Assembly (NCBI GenBank): GCA_017511645.1
Contig: JAFWJH010000003.1
Coordinates: forward strand, 70,297 to 102,296
Origin: Candidatus Saccharimonadota bacterium
GTDB lineage: Bacteria; Patescibacteriota; Saccharimonadia; Saccharimonadales; Saccharimonadaceae
Direction: 5' to 3'
Length of the DNA: 32,000 bases
Shown here: positions 16,445-23,298 of the stretch, in pieces
Position numbering within the stretch: position 1 is the stretch's first letter
Layout of the letters: each line of letters begins with the position of its first letter
Made by a program: the position numbers and the translations under genes
Notes under the pieces: generated by a model
What the model was told of the DNA's origin: nothing
Database searches by the model: none
The model's input: only the letters and a program-made list of their open reading frames with translations

Positions 16445-16965
16445 AAAGAATTGTTCTAGAAAGCATCAATAGCACCAATGATCATGCAGAAAAAATAGCA
16501 GACAAAACGCATGAAAATATTCTAATCATTGCAAAATCCCAAACGAATGGGCGCGGGCAGTTCGATAGGAAATGGTTTTCCGAACCAAATAAAAGTATTA
16601 CTCTTAGTTTCCTGTTGAAAAACAAAAGTGGAGACAAAAAGTTAAGGAAAGATGCTTTAGAACACATACCAGTTATCATTTCTAAAAAGCTAAATGAACT
16701 ATACGGCGTAAATTCCAAAGTGGTTTTACCGAATGATATCAAGATTAATAATAAAAAAGTCTGTGGTATTTTGATTGAGGCGCATTTTAAGGCCGATACA
16801 CTAGAATATGTCGTAGTAGGAGTAGGGATTAATCTTAATAATGATGATTTTCCGGATGACATAAAGTCGATTGCGACATCTATCAAATTAGAGATAAAAA
16901 AAGATTCAGATGCGGACATTCTCACGGATAAATTAGAGGAGGCCATAGAGGAACTATATGACTAG
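16441..16965 (+). CDS. birA: biotin-[acetyl-CoA-carboxylase] ligase, catalytic domain only
   Basis: QTNGRGQFDRKW matches the GRGRxGRxW biotin-ligase motif, and CGILIE..VVGVGINLN is present. I prefer the ATG at 16441 (ATGA overlap with fabF, GGAG upstream) over 16429. The protein is short (174 aa) and has no HTH domain. Confidence 0.75.
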   Translation: MKRIVLESINSTNDHAEKIADKTHENILIIAKSQTNGRGQFDRKWFSEPNKSITLSFLLKNKSGDKKLRKDALEHIPVIISKKLNELYGVNSKVVLPNDIKINNKKVCGILIEAHFKADTLEYVVVGVGINLNNDDFPDDIKSIATSIKLEIKKDSDADILTDKLEEAIEELYD

Positions 16966-18526
16966 GGCGAATAATTTCTCTGCGATGATTTCTGAAAGTG
17001 TCCAAAAGTATGGGCAGAAAACTTTCTTCGTCGGCGAAAATTTTTCAAAGACCTACGAAGAATTTTATAATGATATCCAAAAATTGTCAGGTTACTTTGT
17101 GGACAATAGTTTAGTTGGCAAAAAGATTGGGATTTATGCGTCTAATTCTTATAGTTGGCTACTATTATTCTTTGCCGTGGCTGCTGACGTTGGAACAATA
17201 GTGCCACTCGACAAAGAGCTGCCAGAAAAAGAGCTTGCATTATCTGCTAAGCGTATCGGTTTGGATTTCATTTTCTATGATGATTTAACGAAAGACAAAG
17301 TAAATTGTCTTCCTAAAAATATCCATGCAGAACATATAAATAAAATAGACGACATCATCAGAGAGACGCCAAATCGTAAAGTCAAAAAAACGTCGAAACG
17401 CGACTGCGCCGCACTATTTCTAACTTCCGGCACAACGTCTAAATCTAAAATCGTCATGTTATCTGAAAAAAACTTAGTTTCTTGTGCCTATTCTTCAGCC
17501 GCCGCTTTTAAGCTAAAATCCACGGATAGGTATTATACAATTTTGCCACTCCATCATACGCTTACTCTAATGTGTGCAGTGTTGGTGCCTATTACCAATG
17601 GATGCTCGATTTGTTTTAGTAAAAATATTAAAGACATGCAGAGAGAAATGTGCTTTTACCAGCCAACTGCACTCGTTGTGGTACCGAGGCTGCTCGAATA
17701 CATTATGAATAATATAAAACTCACAGCTAAGAAAAAACACAAAGAAAAGGCTCTGCAAAAACTAATTTTTATATCAAGAGGAGCGAGGCTATTACACATT
17801 GATATAAGAAAGCCCTTATTCTCTAGTATTCACGCCAGATTTGGAGGCAAGGTTCGCATGATCGCTTGTGGTGGAGCAGAGCTAGATCAAAGGGTTTTTA
17901 ACTTCCTGGACGATTTAGGATTTAATATTTACCAGGGATACGGGTTAACGGAGAGCTCACCGATTTTAACCATTCGCGGAATGTTTGTAAAAAGTAAAAT
18001 TGGCGTCGGTAGGCCGCTAAATGGCGTACATCTAAAAATAGCCAATCCAGATGCGGCTGGTATTGGAGAAATTATTGCCAAAGCTCCACAAGTTATGTTG
18101 GGTTATTATGATGATAAAAAAGCTACAGAAGATGTTTTAAAGAATGGTTGGCTCTACACGGGTGATTTAGGCAGGATAAGAAATGATGGTAATCTAGAAG
18201 TAGTTGGTAGAAAGAAAAACGTCATTGTGACCAGCAACGGTAAAAACATCTATCCAGAGGAACTAGAAACACTGATTAATTATAGCAACATAGTTAAAGA
18301 GAGCATCGTAAATGGAGTTCAAAAGAAATCCGGCTTACAAATTATCGCTACGATAGTACCAGAAGATAAAAACCGGAAAGATAAGTCTCTCGACAGCAAA
18401 ATAAGTAAACTTATTAAAGACATAAATGCAGAATTACCGGATTATAAACGTATCAATAAATACATAATCAAGAAAGATGAATTCGAGAAAACCACTACAT
18501 TAAAGATAAAGAGAGGTGGAAAGTGA
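16958..18526 (+). CDS. ANL-family AMP-dependent acyl ligase (fatty acyl-CoA/ACP ligase or OleC/LstC-like)
   Basis: 522 aa with LFLTSGTTSKSKIV, YQGYGLTES, TGDLG and GRKKNVIVTSNGKNIYPEELE. Confidence 0.85.
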   Translation: MTRANNFSAMISESVQKYGQKTFFVGENFSKTYEEFYNDIQKLSGYFVDNSLVGKKIGIYASNSYSWLLLFFAVAADVGTIVPLDKELPEKELALSAKRIGLDFIFYDDLTKDKVNCLPKNIHAEHINKIDDIIRETPNRKVKKTSKRDCAALFLTSGTTSKSKIVMLSEKNLVSCAYSSAAAFKLKSTDRYYTILPLHHTLTLMCAVLVPITNGCSICFSKNIKDMQREMCFYQPTALVVVPRLLEYIMNNIKLTAKKKHKEKALQKLIFISRGARLLHIDIRKPLFSSIHARFGGKVRMIACGGAELDQRVFNFLDDLGFNIYQGYGLTESSPILTIRGMFVKSKIGVGRPLNGVHLKIANPDAAGIGEIIAKAPQVMLGYYDDKKATEDVLKNGWLYTGDLGRIRNDGNLEVVGRKKNVIVTSNGKNIYPEELETLINYSNIVKESIVNGVQKKSGLQIIATIVPEDKNRKDKSLDSKISKLIKDINAELPDYKRINKYIIKKDEFEKTTTLKIKRGGK

Positions 18527-19665
18527 AACCAATTCGAAAAATCACAAATATAGAGCAATTATATGAGGATGTACAGAGCGCAACCAATGCATATGCAATA
18601 CAGTTCATTCTAAAAACTAGCAGCATTAAAAATAAAGATATAATTGAATGTGTAATTAGGCGAGTAATAAAAGAATGCCCAGAATTTAATGTCTATCTAA
18701 GAAGGGGTAAATTTTATCCACAGCAGCATCCAATCAGTATCCAAGATATTAAAATCAAGGATTCTATTGTCTATAGTCTAGATTTATTTAATCAAAAAAT
18801 AGATCTAATTAGCCACTCAATGGAAGTCTATCTTGTGAAGGCGCCCAAGAGCGATTATTTAGTGTTTCGATTCGCCCATTCGGCAATGGACGGAAAGAGT
18901 GCCCTTCTTTTTATGCAAAACATTGTAAATCTACTAGGCGGGAAAAAGCCACTAAAATGCAAAAAAGCTATCTCCGAGAAAGATTTCTTAAAGAAACTAG
19001 ACTACTACAAGAAGAAAGAACCAAAATTACCCCGAATTATCCATGACGAAGCGTCGATTATCAAACAATACACGACAAGGTGGCAAGTCGTACAATTAGA
19101 CAAGTATGTTTCGGGTATTATAGCCAAACTTTCGTGCCTTTTAGCTCGGGAATTTGAAAGCGACCGGATAAGAGTAATGGTGCCTGTAGATTTAAGACGT
19201 CACGACGGCAACAATCCATATATAGGCAATCTGACCTTGCCAGTTTTTCTAGATGTAGATAAGAGCGATAGTTATACCAAGATTAATGGTGAGCTGTTGT
19301 ATAGCTTGAAGAACAGCAAAGAGTTAAACATCGGCAATACTTTGAACAATTATTATTGTCGTATGCCAAGTTTGTTGCGAAAGACGGGCGTAAAAATTGG
19401 ATGCATGGCAAGTCGACACTACAATAAATTTTCCGTCGGCGCCGTCATATCGCATTTAGGCAGAATAGATTTAAATGAATATTCCAATAAATATTTTAAA
19501 GCTAAAGATTTCGTAGACTTATCAATACAACAACCTCTAGGTGCATTCTCGATAGTTATAGTAGAATGTTCCCATAAGACAAATATCAGTATAGGTTACT
19601 ACGGAGATCAATTCACTGAAGAATATATGAAGTCTCTCATAAAAAAGATAGAGAGGTTAGCATGA
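18523..19665 (+). CDS. condensation/acyltransferase-like protein with HxxxDG motif
   Basis: 380 aa with a GTG start in a GTGA overlap. FRFAHSAMDGKS fits the HxxxDG catalytic motif of C-domain, WS/DGAT and PapA-type acyltransferases. The rest is not recognisable by eye. Confidence 0.45.
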   Translation: MKPIRKITNIEQLYEDVQSATNAYAIQFILKTSSIKNKDIIECVIRRVIKECPEFNVYLRRGKFYPQQHPISIQDIKIKDSIVYSLDLFNQKIDLISHSMEVYLVKAPKSDYLVFRFAHSAMDGKSALLFMQNIVNLLGGKKPLKCKKAISEKDFLKKLDYYKKKEPKLPRIIHDEASIIKQYTTRWQVVQLDKYVSGIIAKLSCLLAREFESDRIRVMVPVDLRRHDGNNPYIGNLTLPVFLDVDKSDSYTKINGELLYSLKNSKELNIGNTLNNYYCRMPSLLRKTGVKIGCMASRHYNKFSVGAVISHLGRIDLNEYSNKYFKAKDFVDLSIQQPLGAFSIVIVECSHKTNISIGYYGDQFTEEYMKSLIKKIERLA

Positions 19666-20081
19666 AAAGTCAAAATTGCCGAGTCGTTAATGGGCTAGTA
19701 ATTCATCACATAGGAGTTGCCACCAATAATTTAGATGAATTAACGGACGAATATCTGCGGGATGGTTATCAAATTACAAACGAGGTCTATGACCCCGGAC
19801 AAAAGGCTAAGTTGCGGTTACTTAGTAAGGATAATCAAAACAGCATAGAGCTAATATATACAGATAATCCAGAATCGCGAGTTTTCAATTTGTCACACAA
19901 CAACTATAAGAAAGAATACCACACCTGTTTTAAAATAAACAATCTTGATCGCGCCATTAAAGTATTCAAAAAAGATGGCTATTCTTTAATCACTAATATT
20001 GAAATAGCTAAATTGTTCAATGGCAGGATATGCTTTATGTACAAGAGCGGTAAACTAATAGAATTAATGGAGGAAATATGA
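19662..20081 (+). CDS. VOC (glyoxalase/bleomycin-resistance/dioxygenase) family protein, methylmalonyl-CoA epimerase-like
   Basis: 139 aa with two beta-alpha-beta-beta-beta half-modules: ..IHHIGVATNNLDE.. and ..YHTCFKINNLDRAIKVFKKDGY...ELMEE. Confidence 0.6.
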   Translation: MKSQNCRVVNGLVIHHIGVATNNLDELTDEYLRDGYQITNEVYDPGQKAKLRLLSKDNQNSIELIYTDNPESRVFNLSHNNYKKEYHTCFKINNLDRAIKVFKKDGYSLITNIEIAKLFNGRICFMYKSGKLIELMEEI

Positions 20082-21649
20082 AAAAGATTTACTGTTATCG
20101 TGATACCGCAATTGAATACTTATTCAAAGACGTAGAAACTATATCGTATAGCGCATATGGTGATATTAAACTATTGAACGACGACACAGATATAATGATT
20201 TTCTATATGCTACCATATGATTATTCTATTAAAGATTTAGTGTCGACGATTAATAGCTATTTTGAACGAGCGAAATACATCATAAACAATTATCCAAATA
20301 GGACAATATTTGCAATAACCCTACATAATTATTTTTACGAATCATTCGTTTTCGGAAATAATGAATTAGAGAAAGCTATTAACTCATATAATGAATATCT
20401 ATATAGCCAGAAAAATGTCAGGGTTATAGATATAGCGCCATTTTATAATAATCATAACGACGTATTTAACCCAAAGTATTATTACTTATATAATGCAATA
20501 ATAAACCCGTCTCTTGCGAAAGATTTTCGGCGTTTTATTTTAGATAAGATGGCGCTGTTTCGAGGAACTCGAAAAAAATGCCTAATCCTAGATTTAGATA
20601 ATACTTTGTGGGGTGGTATTCTGGGTGAAGACGGATTGGCAAATTTACAAATCAGCGGCTCCTATCCAGGCAATTGTTTTCATAGTTTTCAACAAATGGT
20701 TTTGGAGCTAAAAAATCAAGGTATTCTGCTAGGGATTTGCAGCAAAAATAACTATAATGATGTAGTCCTGTGCTTCGAAAAAAGAGATGATTTGGTATTG
20801 TCTCTGGATGATTTTGCTGCCAAAAAGATAAATTGGTCAGAAAAAAGACTTAATATTTCTGAATTAGCCAAGGAACTGAATATTGGTTTAGATAGCATTG
20901 TTTTTATAGATGATAGCCCAGCAGAAAGAGAAAACGTAAAAGCATTGGATGGGGTCACAGTCTTAGACTTCCCAGATTCGCCCTATAAAATGGTTGGGCA
21001 CTTCGCCAAAGATTTTTATAGATATTTCGGAACATATCTACTAACAGAAGACGACGTAAATAAAAATATTTACTATAAACATAAAACGGAAAGTGAAGAG
21101 TTGAGAAGCAGAGTCGAAAACGAGGATGAGTTTATAAAAAAATTGAAAATCAAAATAGCCTACGAGACCATAGACGACAATAATAGCGACAGAATCGCTC
21201 AACTGATCAATAAAACGAATCAGTTCAATTTAACAACTAGGCGTTACGATAAAACCGAATTAGCTAATATGACTGACGCGCTAATAATAGCAATAAAAGT
21301 AAGCGATAAATTCGGAGATCTTGGCCTTACCGGAGTTGCAATAGTTAGAAAAAACAAAGAAGAAGCAACTATAGATACATTTTTAATGAGTTGCAGAATA
21401 TTAGGCAGAAAAATTGAGCGAGAGTTTCTAAAAATCGTATTAAATGAACTAAAAATATTAGGGGTTAAAACGGTCATAGGCGAGTACATAGATAGCAAAA
21501 AGAACGAGCAGACTAAAACATTCTATAGTGATAATGGATTTCGAAAAGTTCCAAATCATTCTCGTGAGGTTCAGCGTTTCAAATACACGCTAACTAAACC
21601 GTTGAAGTATAATAATAATTACATAGTGGAGAAAAAAGATGGAAAATAG
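20078..21649 (+). CDS. FkbH-like HAD-IIIC family protein
   Basis: 523 aa. HAD motif I in CLILDLDNTLWGGILGEDG, then ..GICSKNN.. and ..VFIDDSPAERE... The C-terminal domain has ..FLMSCRILGRKIEREFL.., typical of FkbH-like proteins. Confidence 0.8.
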   Translation: MKKIYCYRDTAIEYLFKDVETISYSAYGDIKLLNDDTDIMIFYMLPYDYSIKDLVSTINSYFERAKYIINNYPNRTIFAITLHNYFYESFVFGNNELEKAINSYNEYLYSQKNVRVIDIAPFYNNHNDVFNPKYYYLYNAIINPSLAKDFRRFILDKMALFRGTRKKCLILDLDNTLWGGILGEDGLANLQISGSYPGNCFHSFQQMVLELKNQGILLGICSKNNYNDVVLCFEKRDDLVLSLDDFAAKKINWSEKRLNISELAKELNIGLDSIVFIDDSPAERENVKALDGVTVLDFPDSPYKMVGHFAKDFYRYFGTYLLTEDDVNKNIYYKHKTESEELRSRVENEDEFIKKLKIKIAYETIDDNNSDRIAQLINKTNQFNLTTRRYDKTELANMTDALIIAIKVSDKFGDLGLTGVAIVRKNKEEATIDTFLMSCRILGRKIEREFLKIVLNELKILGVKTVIGEYIDSKKNEQTKTFYSDNGFRKVPNHSREVQRFKYTLTKPLKYNNNYIVEKKDGK

Positions 21650-21854
21650 AATAAAAGAAATAATGGAACAGACATTTAGGCAAAGTATAAACGACAACTT
21701 CTCTAAAAATGATACTGACAAATGGGACTCGTTTACTCATTTAGATCTGATTGTAAAATTAGAACAGGAGTTTAAAATTTCTTTTTCACCAGAAGAGATA
21801 GGAAGCATTGAATCTTATAATGATATAAAAAAGATTATTAAGAGTAAGTTCTAA
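21639..21854 (+). CDS. acyl carrier protein (ACP-2), partner of the FkbH-like protein
   Basis: 71 aa with the site motif KWDSFTHLDLIVKLE. It overlaps the FkbH-like gene by 11 nt. Confidence 0.7.
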   Translation: MENRIKEIMEQTFRQSINDNFSKNDTDKWDSFTHLDLIVKLEQEFKISFSPEEIGSIESYNDIKKIIKSKF

Positions 21855-21857
21855 AAG

Positions 21858-22379
21858 ATGAAAGTCTACATAACGCGAATTAAAAACGGAGATCGTAAAA
21901 CATTATCTAGCCAAATATTGAAATATTCATATAGAGATACATATGGCAGAAATATAAATATTGCAAAAATTCACAAAGGCGAATACGGGAAACCCTATTA
22001 TGACAATAATTTCTACTATAATATCAGCCATTCCAAAAATTTTCTTTGTATAGCGACGGACGAAAACGAGATTGGAATAGATATAGAAGAGTCGCGGTCT
22101 GTCAACTCCAATCTTTCGAAAAGGATTCTGGCAAAAGATGAGGATGTCATCGATGAAGACATTTTAAATAATTGGGTGATTAAGGAAGCTTACAGTAAAT
22201 ATCTAGGTCTCGGTCTTAATGTTGATTTTCGCGATATATCTACAAGCGATATTATGGGGCATGAAAATGTCACCAATTTATCTACGAACGACTATGTTTG
22301 TTTTGTTATTTCAAAAAAACCATCAGATATTAAGGTAACTTACCTAAAAGAAGAGGATTTAGTCAAAGCTGGTTGTTGA
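21858..22379 (+). CDS. Sfp-type 4'-phosphopantetheinyl transferase (short)
   Basis: 173 aa with GKPYY..YYNISHSKNF..IGIDIEE.. and WVIKEAYSKYLGLG. Confidence 0.8.
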   Translation: MKVYITRIKNGDRKTLSSQILKYSYRDTYGRNINIAKIHKGEYGKPYYDNNFYYNISHSKNFLCIATDENEIGIDIEESRSVNSNLSKRILAKDEDVIDEDILNNWVIKEAYSKYLGLGLNVDFRDISTSDIMGHENVTNLSTNDYVCFVISKKPSDIKVTYLKEEDLVKAGC

Positions 22380-22545
22380 TAAAAGCATTCAATGCTTCTC
22401 TAATCCCACATCCTGGGCAAATCTTGGTTTTGTTGTCCTTGCGCGATAGCGCAGGGTAATCTAAATAATATTTTCCGCATTCAGGGCATTTATGGCCCTC
22501 CTGAGCGGCTTTTAAGTCAGAGTAGGGTGTTTTACCGTATTTCAT
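22363..22545 (-). CDS. small zinc-ribbon protein, unknown function
   Basis: 60 aa with CPECG..(19 aa)..CPGCG. ATGA-type overlap with the upstream minus-strand ORF. Its 3' end overlaps the PPTase gene by 17 nt, convergently. Confidence 0.5.
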   Translation of the reverse strand: MKYGKTPYSDLKAAQEGHKCPECGKYYLDYPALSRKDNKTKICPGCGIREALNAFINNQL

Positions 22546-22841
22546 AAATCCACCGAGCAGACACGCGTTAAACCGAATTTATGCCCCAATTCCTCCCACA
22601 TACTATCGGGCGCATCCTCTTCCAGGACTCGCCAGACCGGGTAATTATAGTCGAGCATAATTTTTGCAACATCTTTTGGATCCACCATTAGTTGGCAATA
22701 GTAGCCAGCTGTAGTTTCGCCTTCAATTATAATTGGATCATTTTCTTCAGTCTTTAATACTTCTTCCAAGTACTTATATTCGACCGCAATAGCTTCATTT
22801 ACGAGCTTAACGGCAGGTGCTAATTTATCATCTTTTTCCAT
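22542..22841 (-). CDS. hypothetical acidic protein
   Basis: I prefer the internal Met (MEKDDKL.., 99 aa) because the longer ORF-track start at 22892 runs through A/T-rich promoter-like sequence. No family recognised. Confidence 0.45.
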   Translation of the reverse strand: MEKDDKLAPAVKLVNEAIAVEYKYLEEVLKTEENDPIIIEGETTAGYYCQLMVDPKDVAKIMLDYNYPVWRVLEEDAPDSMWEELGHKFGLTRVCSVDL

Positions 22842-22898
22842 AATGTTTGTATTTAACCTTATTCTGTAAATTTTACAAGTCAAAAAAAACAAATAACG

Positions 22899-22976
22899 TG
22901 CTATAATAGAATCAGCTTCGAGTTAGAGATGCTCTCGGAGCCCAAGCAATGCGGCAGTAGAATGCTCGCATTTTTT
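22899..22976 (+). ncRNA. candidate small transcript or attenuator: extended -10, two hairpins, intrinsic terminator
   Basis: TGCTATAAT lies at 22899-22907. Hairpin 1 is GCTTCGAG/CTCGGAGC (22915-22941). Hairpin 2 is AATGCGGCA-gtagaa-TGCtCGCATT, followed by TTTTTTATTT (22948-22980). No ORF lies between promoter and terminator. Confidence 0.3.
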
Positions 22977-23051
22977 ATTTATACACGCGTTTATCAAATT
23001 GCGGGATAAATTGCGTCACTAAAGCCTAAGAGGCTACGCAAGGAGTTCTTT

Positions 23052-23192
23052 ATGGACGAAGACAAAGAAGCGTCCACGGCTATCGCCAGTCTGTTTAACG
23101 TTCTGAAAAACATTAAAGTCACGCCAGAACGCATAGCACAAAATCAATGGAAATCGGTGGGCAAAAATGGCGAAGTTGAATTTTACTATTAA
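23052..23192 (+). CDS. small hypothetical protein (46 aa) upstream of the recombinase
   Basis: Not in the ORF track (under 60 aa). AAGGAG lies 6 nt upstream of the ATG. Translation: MDEDKEASTAIASLFNVLKNIKVTPERIAQNQWKSVGKNGEVEFYY. A strong hairpin follows. Confidence 0.4.
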   Translation: MDEDKEASTAIASLFNVLKNIKVTPERIAQNQWKSVGKNGEVEFYY

Positions 23193-23215
23193 AACAAATA
23201 TAATTCACAAAATCT

Positions 23216-23250
23216 AAAATCTCTAGTCAAAAGGCTAGAGATTTTTATAT
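23216..23250 (+). terminator. hairpin terminator after the small ORF
   Basis: AAAATCTCTAG-tcaaaagg-CTAGAGATTTT, an 11-bp stem, followed by TATAT. Confidence 0.55.
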
Positions 23251-23282
23251 TAAGCGGCCGCCTAGCATTTCCACCTCTGTTA

Positions 23283-23291
23283 TGATATAAT
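23283..23291 (+). promoter_or_regulatory. extended -10 TGATATAAT giving a leaderless recombinase mRNA
   Basis: Exact TGATATAAT. Only 7 nt separate the -10 from the ATG at 23299, and there is no SD. Confidence 0.45.
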
Positions 23292-23298
23292 AAAATCA

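Noticed and set aside
16482-16946. 154-aa minus-strand ORF
   Set aside because: It lies entirely antisense to the birA-like gene, which has clear motifs. The composition is low-complexity Ser/Phe/Leu, typical of a shadow ORF in AT-rich DNA. The same reasoning applies to 10948-11244, 11557-11877, 13047-13343 and 6179-6778 on the minus strand.
22842-22892. Longer start of the 116-aa minus-strand ORF
   Set aside because: The extra 17 codons (MFFLTCKIYRIRLNTNI) are A/T-rich promoter-like sequence. The internal Met gives a compact acidic protein.
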